DNA of 61,614 nt, filler included, from Pirum gemmata (lineage: Eukaryota): NCBI GenBank assembly GCA_002812295.1. It is 11 parts of 11 records of this genome, joined end to end, with 100 filler letters (N's around TTAATTAATTAA, not from the genome) between each part and the next. Parts side by side here need not be neighbours in the genome. Positions count along the whole stretch, not along the records: positions 10,962 to 18,000 come from PDIN01000570.1; positions 18,101 to 23,465 come from PDIN01000571.1; positions 23,566 to 28,904 come from PDIN01000572.1; 8 more parts are not named here. One strand, given 5' to 3'. Each line of letters begins with the position of its first letter. The first letter of the stretch is position 1. The notes below the pieces were generated by a model. It saw only the letters and a program-made list of their open reading frames with translations. It was not told the DNA's origin and ran no database searches. A program made the translations under genes and the position numbers. Positions 12,058 to 24,716 of this stretch are shown in pieces.

Positions 12058-13379
12058 TGATATTTTATTATGATATAAGTTTAATTAAAAAACAACATTA
12101 TGATAACAAACAACCTAGACACTAGCTAACCTAGACTAGCACTACTATCGATAACACTACTAACACCATAATAACATTATATATTTTTATAGAAAGAAAT
12201 AAACATACAAGATATGTAGACTATTTATTCATGAATTTATCGATAGTTTAATAATTTGTAAGTGTCTAAGTTCTAACATTTGATATTTTATTATGATAAT
12301 ATTGGTATACCATAATTATAATAACTATCATACTAAAAAATGTATTTTTTTAAATAAATAGCAGAACAAATATGACATAGTATTTTAGCACTGTGTAACA
12401 AACACTATTCTATCATAGAGAGTTTGTAGAGTTTGACAGGTTTCCGTAATTATTTAGGATTTGAAACAAACAACATTTTAAAACGAACAACCTAGACACT
12501 AGCTACGATATAGCCTAGATTAGCACTACTAACACTACTAACACCATAATAACATTATATGATATATTTTTATAGAAAGAAACAAACAAGACATTTAGAC
12601 TATTTATTCATGAATATATCGATAGTTTAATAATTTGTAAGTGTTTAAGTTTCTAACATTACCAAAAATAAAAATAAATAATAATAATAATAATAAAAAT
12701 AAAAAAAATAAAAAAAAAAAATAAAAAAATAAAAAAAAATTAGACCCATTTACTACTAGCTAGATCATAGCTACTACTAGCTAGCTAGCTACATTGCTAC
12801 CAGTATTTTTTTTTTTAGTCTACTGACGAAATCTACATGTCCTATAGGCTACAGCTAGACTCTTTAGAAAAAAAAGCACTTCCACCTATATATAAAGTTC
12901 CATAAATGGATGATGGATCAACACCAGATATAATTGAAGTAGTCTAAAGTACTCTAAACTATGAAATACGGTTTCAAATACCTGTTGCAGTCTTGCAGGT
13001 TGCAGGGTCTCGTCAGTGTCTCGTCTCAGGCAAGGGACCTAGCTAGCTAGCTAGGGTCTACTACAACTTGCTAAAACTCTCTTGAGACTCTAAACTGACT
13101 CTAAACTAGCTACTAGCTAGCTAGCTAGCTAGCTAGAGGGATCACTGGATCAGGGGGTGTGGTCACTGGTCAGTGGTCAGTGGGTCAGTGTCACTGTAGT
13201 GGTAAATTCTAATTCCCTGTATGGCAATGCCCACCAAATTGAGAGTGCAAAAATTCAGCAAAATCGATTGCAAAATTGCAAATCGATTCAAATTTCTTTT
13301 TTCGTTCTTTTCACCTAGATTTTTTCACCTTTTTCACTGGGGTAGTTTTCGAGGGTTAGATGTACTGCTGAATATCTTA

Positions 13380-13417
<38 letters not shown>

Positions 13418-13868
13418 AAGCCCAATAATAAGTCTCGACTCTCCAGACCCAGCTTTAGGTAGACTCTACAGCAGGTAGACTCTACAGTAGGTAGACTGTT
13501 TGTAAAGCAATGTATGTAAACTGACTTTTAAGTTTTCACGGGCGGGGAGCCGGAGAGGGGGGGGGTCTATTATTATATACGTCTATAATACTGGTCTATA
13601 ATAGGGTCCAGGTCTATAGTCAGCTGTCTATAATGATAGCCATGAAGAGATTAGATTTGTAGGTGAAAAGTTCTGAAAAATAATTTTTTTTACATCTAGT
13701 CTAAATCATCACAAAAATAAAAAATAAAAAATAAAAAGTCATTCTCTCTCTTTTTTTGGTATCATGTCGAGTTGAATGTTCAAATCGAAGGGTTCACACA
13801 ATCCGACCTAACTAGCTAGTGACGTTGCCACCTACCTTTCCTCCTTTATGAAGTTTTTAGCGCTAGGT

Positions 13869-14060
13869 TTTTAGCGAGACTTGAAACCTCGGAAGAGTCT
13901 CGGAAGTGTTTAGTGAGACTTGCTCAAAAGTGTTTAGCGAGACTCGAGTAGCGAGACTTGCTCAAAAGTGTTTAGCGAGACTTGCTCAAAAGTGTTTAGC
14001 GAGACTTGCTCAAAAGTGTTTAGCGAGGCTTGCTCGATTTTAATTTTTAGCGAGACTTAC
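13869..14060. repeat. 24-bp tandem repeat AGTGTTTAGCGAGACTTGCTCAAA
   Basis: About 5 full or near-full copies plus partial flanking copies, head to tail with no spacers. Confidence 0.85.
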
Positions 14061-14160
14061 ACTCGTACAAAATTATTTTGTTGTTTCCGTGTCAGTTGTT
14101 TTTATTACCCAATAGACAGTTCAATAGACCCCCCGTCCAATCAATATAATGGTGGGTGGG

Positions 14161-14230
14161 TGGTAGTTGAGGGAATCGAACCACTATCCGTAATAATTAG
14201 ACAAGTTCGAGCTCTATGCAAACATTGAAA
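14161..14230 (-). pseudogene. tRNA-like relic or SINE head
   Basis: Minus strand has the B-box GGTTCGATTCC followed by CTCAACTACCA; the 5' half does not fold convincingly. Confidence 0.35.
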
Positions 14231-14567
14231 GACCCCAAGAAAAAGAAAAAGATCCCCAGGAAAAGTTTCCTGATAGTAATTATTGTATTCTTGATCAATT
14301 ATGATGTATTGCAATTATACCATATTATATATCAGGATATTAATCAGGATATGGGCATATACACCATGCCATTGTGAACAGCCGGGTTGTTGACCGTTGT
14401 TCTCATGTATGTATATATATATTGGTAATATATTCAAGGTTGGGTCAGAAGAGTGAACTAGACTATAATAAGTATTTTTACTTTATATTATTATCAATTG
14501 CATGATTCTATATCTGACAATAAATGACTGCTATCGATAAATGTATGCGTATGATAATATGCATTTA

Positions 14568-14763
14568 TCCTGCTTTTCATTTTTTTTGTCACTTAGAATA
14601 TTTATTTGGTACTTTTAAGTTTATAAACTTGGTTATTTTAAATTGAAATATAAATTATAAAACACGCCAAGTCAATTAAATTGTATCAAATAAATTTGAT
14701 ATAGTATTAACTTGGTATTTATTACTGCGTATTCTATTATGAAAAAATAACTGAAAAGCACGA
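14568..14763 (-). mobile_element. Diverged MITE family A copy
   Basis: TA|TCCTGCTTTTCATTT...CTGAAAAGCACGA|TA. Confidence 0.7.
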
Positions 14764-15183
14764 TATAAATAGTATATAAATATAGATTATAATCACACTG
14801 TGTGATTCACACACGATATCACAAATTCACAATATGATGGCGTCCAATACTAGCTAGTAGCTAGCTTGACCTCGATTCATGTACGATGTAATACAGTACG
14901 AATTCGTAAAAAAATTCACAAAAAAAGCTCTGCTGGGGGGGGGTCGAATTCGTCCTTTGAGAACGAATTCGTCCCCAAATTTAGCTAGCTAGCTAGACTC
15001 TTATAATTAATTATCAATAATTAAAAACTCTACCTAGCTAGCTACTACTCTAGAGCTATGCATAGCTATATTAATATCTGATAATAATTAATTAATTAAA
15101 AACTCTAGCTAGCTAGCTACTACTCTAGCTACTACTAGCTAACATATGCATAGCTAGTTAGGCTTTTTTTTTTTTTTTTTTCA

Positions 15184-15369
15184 CCAAGCCGGATAAAAAT
15201 GGCAACATCCACTTTATAAGCTCAAAAATCCAAAAATCTCAAAATGATCCAATTTTTGATAAAAGTACTACCAAATTTTGAGAAATTGTCTAACTAATAA
15301 AATATATTATGAGCCAATGGCTAGTTTTTAAAAATAATTTGGCTAGTTAAAGGTTAGAGAAAGAAGTCC
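15184..15369 (+). mobile_element. Dispersed repeat family D (end CCARGCCGGATAAA); inverse copies at ~31640-31833 and ~39373-39560
   Basis: Shared core CTACCAAATTTTGA...CCAATGGCTAGTTTTTAAAAATAATTTGGCTAGTTA...AAAGAAGTC on three scaffolds. Confidence 0.7.
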
Positions 15370-15962
15370 AAAAAAAATAATTTTTACAAGTTTACTTGAT
15401 TTTTACTTGGCTGTTAAAAAAAAAAGTTTCCTCAAAACTTGTCTTTTAAACTCTCAGCTAGGTAGCTACTACTAGCTGACTACAAGTCTACATTCTACAA
15501 CCTAGCTAGCTCGATAAAAAAGATGCGCATTTGGGAACTATTGTTATGATACTTCAACCTATCACCTGGCTAGCTAGTATTAAATTAAAGTACTACTAAG
15601 ACAGCTACTAAGACCTACACCATTATTTTTATTTTCACAACGCCAATTTCCGGTCAAATACAGCTTCAAATACCCCTACCTACCTACCCCTCGACGTTAA
15701 TTTCCGGTCAAATAACACCTACCTACCCCTTGACGTGACGTATTATTTGAATTTTGAACAGTGCACAATCCAGTTGCGCACATCATTTTCAAATTTTCAC
15801 TGATCATTTTCAGTTTTTTTTTTTTTTTTTNATATGCTAATACTAATACTAATACTAATACTAATACCACTACCAATATTAATATTAATACTAATACTAA
15901 TACTAATACTAATACTAATATTAATACTAATACTAATACTAATACTAATACTAATACTAATA

Positions 15963-16147
15963 TCGTGCTTTTCAGTTGTTTTGTCATCATAAAATATACA
16001 ATAAAGGGTACCAAATTAATACAATATAAATCCATTTCATTTAATTTGGTATATTTTATTATCCATTTATTCATTTAACAATGGCAATTAAAAAATTATA
16101 ACCAACCAAATAAATACTCGGAGTGACAAAATAAATGAAAAGCGCTA
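15963..16147 (+). mobile_element. Full-length 185-bp MITE family A, TA target duplication (Tc1/mariner-type), inserted in a (TAATAC)n tract
   Basis: TA|TCGTGCTTTTCAGTTGTTTTGTCA...TGACAAAATAAATGAAAAGCGCTA|TA; ~24-bp imperfect TIR; internal inverted repeat TACCAAATTAA..TTAATTTGGTA. Confidence 0.9.
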
Positions 16148-18303
16148 TATTAATACTAATACTAATAATAATACTAATACTAATACTAGTACCAATTACT
16201 AATACTAATGCTAATGCTAATATTAATACTAATACTAATTATTAATATTAATAATAATATTAATACTAATACTAATTACTAATACTAATACTAATACTAA
16301 TACTAATACTAACACTAATACTAATACTAATACTAATACTAATACTAATACTAATACTAATACTAACACTAATACTAATNNNNNNNNNNNNNNNNNNNNN
16401 NNNATATTAATATTAATATTATTATTATTATTATTATTATTATTAGTGTTAGTATTGGTATTATTATTATGATATTATTATTATTATTATTATATTATTA
16501 TTCTTCTTATTATTATTATTATTTGGTACTGTTTAAGTATATAATTGAACTTGCTTACAAAATAAAACATTATAGATTAAATACCAAATTAATTAAAACA
16601 TGTCCGATAGTTACCATAATAATATAATTTGGTATGTTTAGTTTAGTTTTTTTAACAGAAAAAAGTCATGCTAGTCTATGCATAGTTGCTAGTTGCTAGT
16701 GCATAGTTGGAAAAAACTAAAAATAAATATTGTCTCTTGATCTTTAATTTGGTATAATTTAAGTATATAATGGAGGCTGTTTATAAAATATTTTATTATT
16801 TATTTAGTATCCAATTAGTTAACATGTGTCAGATAGTTTTACTTTGGTATGTTTTATTATTTCCAGCGGGCACAATTCACACATCAAAATTTCCAATATT
16901 AGCATGAGAACATGATATTAGACTAATATAAATATTAGCCAATACACATTCTCCTTTAATTAAAATATTGTAAAATATACAAAAAAAAGTATAACCAGCC
17001 AAATAAATCCTAACCCTAACCAGCTGACCCTAACCCTAACCCTAACCCTTTTAGACTATAGACCGGTCTAGAGTAGCTAGTCTAGACCTAGGTCTAGCTA
17101 CTAGACCCTATCGATACAAATACACTCAGTACAAAGGAAGGGGTACTAGTCAGCATTTCCTACAGTATAAACCTATCATTTTTAATGACATTTATAATAA
17201 TACTTTTAAGTAGCTTGGTTGATTGATATTATTAATTGTTTTAAGCCATGACTCGAAATAACCGTCGCAGGTTTGGGCTTCGTTCACTTCAACATTACTT
17301 AAAAGCTTAGGTCAATATGTTTTTCTTCCACCACCTCTTGTTGTGCTAGTCTTGTTGTGGTATTTATTTTAAATACTTCAGGTGATCATGGATGTAATTA
17401 CCGTCTCTGTACGTGGTTGTTAGTTAGAGGCACGAATCGATTTTTAAACGATTATCAAAGCCACCAAAGGGCACAGTTCCTTGGTAGAAGAACCCGCGAA
17501 AAAGGCTAGGATGCACATATTGCTAACAGTCCCTAACCCTAACTAAACCATCATAATTATTATACTGTGCTTTTCATTTATTTTGACACTCTGAATATTT
17601 ATTTGGTTGGTTGTAGTATTTAAATTGACATTTTTAAATGAATAAATAGATAATAAAATATACCAAATAAAATGAAATGGATTTATGTTGTATTAATTTG
17701 GTATTCTTTATTTTATAATATTAAAGGAGGAGCAGTAGTTTACAGTTGGTTTTTATTAATTTTGTTTGTTCCTTTGTATATTAATATTAAAGTATTAATA
17801 TTAATTTTATCATATAAATGTATTTAATTATAATATTGATTTGTTTGTATAACTATATATGTATTATTATGACAAGGGGAGGGGGGGTAAAAATGACTTT
17901 TTGCCAAAGTGACACGTTAAAAAAAGCTTATAATATAATAATATAATAAGAAATAATATATAATAATAATAATATAACAATAATAATAATAATAATAATA
18001 NNNNNNNNNNNNNNNNNNNNNNNNNNNNNNNNNNNNNNNNNNNNTTAATTAATTAANNNNNNNNNNNNNNNNNNNNNNNNNNNNNNNNNNNNNNNNNNNN
18101 AAAAAAAAAAAAAAAAAAAAAAAAAATATCTATTATTTTATTATCATAGATTATTTTTTTTAAAAAAAATTTTTTTTAAAATATTTAATATTAGAGTAGC
18201 TATTTTAGAGTTATTATTAGCTAACTAGTCTAGTTAGATCTAACCACTCTGCTACCACCAAACCCAAAACTCTCTGCCAAAACTCTACTAGCCAAAACTC
18301 TAG

Positions 18304-18792
18304 GGGAGCGTTCAATAATTACGTAACGCCAATTTGACAAAAACCTACCCTACTACCCCCCATGTAACGGCCTGTCACGTTTGAGAAGGACTACCTACCC
18401 CTTATGAGGTAACGATTTGGAAAAAATAGTACCCTAGATTACCTAAATAGATCCTAAATGCTCAAGTCATGTTATATATATTATACAACAACAACAACAA
18501 CAACTACAACAGGGATCAGTAGTTCCCTGTTGTAGTTGTTGTTGTTGTTGTAGTTGCTGTAGTTGTAGTTGTTGTTGTTATTATTGTAAGAATTATTCCA
18601 ACTATTATAAGAATTACTGGAAATATAAATGCAAATTTTTGTTTATTTCTAATGGATAATACCCGACCTCTATTTTTTTTTTTTGCGTTATGTCATATTA
18701 CGAAAACCTACCCCCCTTCTGCGTCACGGCCTGTCACAAAAATCCGACCCCCCCTACCTACCCCCAGCGTTACGTAATTATTGAACGCTCCC
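18304..18792. mobile_element. 489-bp PIF/Harbinger-like MITE (family B)
   Basis: Perfect 26-bp TIR GGGAGCGTTCAATAATTACGTAACGC; flanked on both sides by TAG (3-bp TSD). Confidence 0.88.
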
Positions 18793-19572
18793 TAGCTAGG
18801 ACTCAAAAACTAGTCTGAAGAATTCTGAAGACCACCAACCTTTAGAGAGCTGCCTAAAGTCAGCCTAAGCAGCCTTCGTATCATAGAAAGTTAGTTGCTA
18901 GACCGGGTCTGAGCACTGTGTGTGAGTACAGCGGTCAGCCTAAGCAGCCTTCGTAGAAAGTTAGTTGCTAGACCGGGTCTGAGCCTAGCTAGCTAGCTAG
19001 GGTCTGAGCACTGTGTGTGAGTACAGCGGGGTATTACAGGAATAATTATTTACAGCTCTCTCTCTAATAATATTATTCTATGATACATAGTTCTAGCTAG
19101 CTAGCTAGCCATTAGGGCCCGGTGAACTTCCTAGGCTGAACTGCGCTGAACCTACGGCAGCCCTACGCTGCTGGCTGAACTGCTGAACTGCCTGTCGCTG
19201 GCTATGATACCAAATTAATACTATATAAATCCATTTCATTTAATTAGGTATAATATATTATCGATTTATTCACTAAAAAATGCCAACTTAAATATTATAA
19301 CCAACCAAATAAATATTCAGAGTGACCAAATAAATGAAAAGCTATCAGAGTGACAAAATAAATGAAAAACTATAGACCCACGTCTAGTAGACTACTAGCT
19401 AGTAGTAGTGGCTACCTCACACCAGTGGCTACCTGTAGACTAGCTAGCTAGTATCATACTAGCTAGCTATGATAGCTAGCTAGCTACTAGTATTATCGAT
19501 AGTAGTAGTAGTATCATGATACACCTAAGACACTCCTATTAAAGACCCTCATTTATAATCTTATTATGATTA

Positions 19573-19746
19573 TCGTGCTCTTCAGTTGTTTTGTCATCAT
19601 AAAGTATACAATAAACAGTACCAAATTAATACAATATAAATCCATTTCATTTAATTTGGTATAATTTATTCATTTAATAATGTCAATTACAAAATTATAA
19701 CCAACCAAATAAATATTCGAAGTGACAATATAAATGAAAAGCGCTA
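19573..19746 (+). mobile_element. MITE family A copy
   Basis: TA|TCGTGCTCTTCAG...TGAAAAGCGCTA|TA. Confidence 0.88.
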
Positions 19747-20607
19747 TATCATATTGTCTATTTCATTACCGATACCGTTGTACTCTCAATCTTTAACTTG
19801 ATACTGTTTAATTGTATAATTGCACGGTTTTATAAGATACAAGAATAAGTGGAAAATACCAAATTAATTAAAACATGTCTGATAGTATATCCATAATAAT
19901 AATTTGCTACGTTGAACTGGACAACACTATTGCAAAACACGATATACAATATAATATAATATATTATTAGTCTATGCAGATTATATAATATATATTCACT
20001 TTATAAATGTGGTGATAAGTTGATAACCCTAAGACCCCAGGAAAAAGAATTCATGGAGTCTTTGAGCATATTTGTTTTTTATTTATATATAGACCCCCCC
20101 TCCCCATATAGATAATGATATGATAATAATATGGCGTAGACTGGGAGCCTGGGGGTGGGTTAATCGACAAGCACTACTACTCTGAAGACTGCACTGTCTG
20201 ACTCTGAGCACTCAGAGAGTCAGAGTTCGCAATTAAATCTCAGTTTCGGCAGAGGCCTGTTTCACCACTGTTTCACCAATTTAGCTCCTATTTCAGACTT
20301 TCGGTTTCACATTTATAATGATAATTATTATTCTAATAATTTATTGGACCTAGTATGATTACCCTGCAGCTGTATCTGATATAATTTAGACCCAGGGCGC
20401 TCTCTATCTGGATTTATTTTTGTTGACTTATCATAGGTATACTATTAATACTAGCTAGTTATAGTATAATACTAGTAGTCTGTATTTATTATAGACTAAA
20501 GGTGTATAAAAGGTTAGACAGAGTCTATAGTATATCCCTGTCTATCCATATCTGATATAGACTTTAAATCAATCATTTTCAATGTATATCATCTGGTCAC
20601 TAGTACT

Positions 20608-20675
<68 letters not shown>

Positions 20676-20695
20676 TCACTATCACTTCCACTACC

Positions 20696-20727
<32 letters not shown>

Positions 20728-21925
20728 CATTGATATTACTACCATATGATATATATTAAAATATCAGATATCATACGTATTATCGATATTGATAGAATCC
20801 CCCCCATATTCAAATTCCTAAATCGAAAACAGAAAATACAGTGAACACAGTGTGAAAACACTCAGGACCTAACATTCTTCATTAATGATGATCGTTTGTT
20901 AAAATTAAACGCATTCATTTTCGTTTCACTAGATTCATTTTTATCAGTTACTAGAACTGTTACTGCTACTTTTCTAATGTTTTCATAAAAAATTACTCAG
21001 GATTATAAACAAATAAAATAAATAAATAATTATTTCAATTAATAGAGATATTTTAAAATATATAACAAAATTTCAAAGTTATTTCAATATAATACCAATA
21101 TAATATTTTCATTCGTAACACTAAAGTAATAAAATCGATACTAATTTTGACAATTAATTAATATATATAAAATCGATCAAAAATGTCATAAAAATTGTTT
21201 ATTTATCATGTATGCATGATAACTATTATTCGTTAATGCTGTATAAGGATAGAGGTGTTATATAATTATATTTTATAATAACTATTATCCGATGTCGCTA
21301 TTTAGATATTGTAATATTGCATATTATTGTACTAGGAATAAAACTTAAAATAATAGACTCCAATAAAATAGTCATAAAATTCTCATAATTATTAGCACAG
21401 AGAAAACTAGCTAGTAGCCTTCAGCTCAAAAACAGGAAGAACTATCGATATAGACTATATAGCAAATTTTCGGTTATTTGGGAAAATAACCGAAAATTAA
21501 AATTTGCTATAATATATACATATTATTATACTATTATTATAGTATTATTATACTAGCCCAAGAATCCCAGTTCTTGTGGAGTACCGCCACATGGACTATC
21601 TATTATTACGATAAGAAAAAATTGTAGAGAAAAATAAATAATTGATTATTATTTTTATTTATTATCATGATCAATGTGCTTCAATCAATAGTTTCAGTTA
21701 TATAATCTAGTCTAGCTAGCTAGAGTCTAGCTAGACTTTATTTATATAATAACATAATATGATATCAGATAGTGTTTTTATAGTCATTGTATCATTTGTA
21801 TGACATATGAAAAAAAAAATTGACTGAAAAAACAAAAACTCTTCACAAGTGATCTATATCTATCAGATACCTCTACCTAGTCTAGCCGCCCCCTCTAACT
21901 ATGATATCTGAGACTATATCTGATA

Positions 21926-22161
21926 AGGAGGGATGAGATGACGTCATCTTACCAACTGGACGCTCGGACCGGCGAACTTCCAGAAATTTGCCTAAAGTTA
22001 CTATAAATAGTATAATAAACTCTTTTAAAAGTAACTACTTAAATAAGAAGCTACTAAGTAAATAATTACAAATACTAAATATGGTAAGGCGAAACAGGCG
22101 AACAACATTTACTTTGTGCCTCGGTCAAAAAAGTTCGCCATAAGAGTTCTCACCCCTCCTG
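21926..22161. mobile_element. MITE family C variant (ends AGGAGGGRTGAGA...TCTCACCCCTCCTG)
   Basis: Inverted termini; related ends at ~11037-11050 and ~31323-31345. Confidence 0.65.
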
Positions 22162-22194
22162 CAGTTATCAACCTATCATAACTAGCTCGAGCTA

Positions 22195-22397
22195 TCGGAC
22201 CCTTTCATTTGTTTTGTCAATCCAAACATTTATTTAGTTGGTTATTAATATGATATTTAAGTTGACTTTTTTAAAAGTGAATAAATAGATAATAAAATAT
22301 TCCAAATTAAATGAAATGGATTTATATTTTATTAATTATTTAGTATCAATACTCTTTTTTGTATATTTTATGATGACAAATTAACTGAAAAGCACGA
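22195..22397 (-). mobile_element. MITE family A copy carrying two small insertions at TA
   Basis: Aligns to the consensus, with extra TGATA at 22251-22255 and TCAATA at 22346-22351. Confidence 0.8.
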
Positions 22398-22875
22398 TCA
22401 ACTTTTAATTATGATACTAGCTAGAGTATTAGACTACTAGCTAGTTAGTAGAGTGTTAGTAGTATACTCTAGTAGTAGTATTTAATAATAGCTGCGGTGA
22501 AGTATTTAAAAATGAGAAAACTCTTTCAGCAGTTTGAACTTTGAGATGATATTTTTGGAGTATTTTTGGCGGTATCATACTATTTTTGGAGGAACGGTTA
22601 CAGGTCTATCATTGGTCTGGTTATAAATTTATCAAGGACTTCAATTATTTGATATTAAATTTTGAAGTCTGAAGACTCTTTGAGCTTTGAAAGTTACTTT
22701 GAAGTAGACCTTGAAATAATTATTTATATAAATAGTTTTATACGCATGACGTAGTATCCAACTAGTAGTATCCAATACTATGCATTATGATAGCATAGCT
22801 GCATAGACTAGTGCATAGACTGACTTAGTGAGAGAGGGGAGGGACCTACTACTAGCTAGCTACTAGACTACCGGT

Positions 22876-23063
22876 AGTTATTCATTTATTTTGTCACTCC
22901 GAATATTTATCTGGTTGTTTATAATAATATTATTTAAATTGATACTTTTAAATAAATAAATAAATAATAAAATATACCAAATGAAATGAAATGGATTAAT
23001 ATTGTATTAGTTTGGTACTATTCACTGTATATTTTATGACGACAAAATAACTGAAAAGCACGA
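22876..23063 (-). mobile_element. MITE family A copy
   Basis: TTCATTTATTTTGTCACTCCG...CTGAAAAGCACGA|TA. Confidence 0.8.
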
Positions 23064-23785
23064 TAATTACTAGAGTACTACTAGACTACTAGCTAGTTAG
23101 TAGTATACTCTAGCTATGAAAGTATTAATTAACTGCAGTGAAGTAGTGAGAAAACTCTTTCAGCAATTTGAACTTTGAGATGATATTTTTGGCGGTATCA
23201 TACTATTTTTGGAGTAGAACCCCCTCCAGCGGTTACAAGTCTATCACTGGTCTGGTTTTTCGATTTATATATAAATAGTTTTATACGCATGACGTAGTTT
23301 ATGAAGTAGTATCTAACTAGTCCTAGCTAGTAGTATCCAATACTAATGAATTAGTTTTTGTTTTTGGTTTTTGTTTTTGTTTTTTGTTTTTGTTTTTGGT
23401 TTTGGTTTTGGTTTTGGTTTTGTTTTTGTTTTTGTTTTTGGTTTTGTTTTTGTTTTTGTTTTTGTNNNNNNNNNNNNNNNNNNNNNNNNNNNNNNNNNNN
23501 NNNNNNNNNTTAATTAATTAANNNNNNNNNNNNNNNNNNNNNNNNNNNNNNNNNNNNNNNNNNNNACAAACCATAAAAATCGGAAAAGTTCCGGCAGCTG
23601 TTCGGTAATAATAAAATGACGTCATCTCACCCCTACTAAAAAAACTCTTTATTAAAAAAAAGTAAACGTTACTGTTCATTGGCTTTCTATTTTTAGACCC
23701 ATCCATGACTCGAAATATTGCAAACTTTTTTTTAATAAAAGCTCGAACTATGTTCAATGAGATGTACTCGTTCACTGAAAAATTA

Positions 23786-24716
23786 TCGTGCTTTTCATTG
23801 ATTTTGTTATTTATTTGGAGGGTTATAATATTTAAATTGACATTTTTAAATCAATAAATAGATAATAAAATATACCAAATTAAATGAAATGGATTTATAT
23901 TGTATTAATTTGGTACTATTNNNNNNNNNNNNNNNNNNNNNNNNNNNNNNNNNNNNNNNNNNNNNNNNNNNNNNNNNNNNNNNNNNNNNNNNNNNNNNNN
24001 NNNNNNNCCAAATTAAATGAAATGGATTTATATTGTATTAATTTGGTACTATTTATTGTATAGTTTATGATGACAAAACAACTGAAAAGCACTATACTGA
24101 AAACATGTAGTTACTTACTTGTTTGTCACTCCGAATATTTATTTGGTTGTTTATAATATTTTTATTGATACTTTTAAATAAATAAATATATAATAAAATA
24201 TGCCAAATTAAATGAAATGGATTTATATTGTATCAATTTCGTACTCTTTATTGTATAGTTTATGACGACAAAATAACTGTAGTCTATATATTATTATGAT
24301 ACTGTCTGTAGACCTATTACAAAAAAATTATCTAATTAAAATCGAAAAGGAATCGAAAAGACTCGATTGTTCGAAATATCAAAGATTGGCAAACCACAGC
24401 CAATGATATTGTATTTTTCTTTTTTTAGGATTTCTGGGCAAAAAACGTTTTTCTGTGTTATATATAATAGCAGACATTGCAAACATTGTGCCACTTTTGT
24501 TGAAAATCTCTCCAATGAACTCACACTCTCTCTGATATGACAATGAATTTATCATCATAAAATATACAATAAAGAGTACCAAATTAATACCATATAAATC
24601 CATTTTATTTAATTTGGTATATTTTATTATATATTTATTTATTTAAAAGTATCAATAAAAATATTATAAACAACCAAATAAATATTCGGAGTGACAAAAT
24701 AAATGAAAAGCACTAT
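23786..24716. mobile_element. Cluster of three MITE family A copies (23786-24094 with a gap, ~24115-24278, ~24550-24716)
   Basis: Consensus TIRs and internal palindrome present in both orientations. Confidence 0.8.

Noticed and set aside
13869..14060. 24-bp repeats as a CRISPR array or coding repeat (FSETCSKV)
   Set aside because: The units are head to tail with no unique spacers, there are no cas genes, the context is eukaryotic, and the ORF has no ATG start.
17245..17530. GC-richer patch encoding ..EEPAKKARM..
   Set aside because: There is no sustained reading frame or recognisable domain; too weak to call.
10962..18000. Scaffold 1.7 kb longer than its neighbours as a foreign insertion
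   Set aside because: Composition and repeat families match the other scaffolds; I see no discrete foreign segment.
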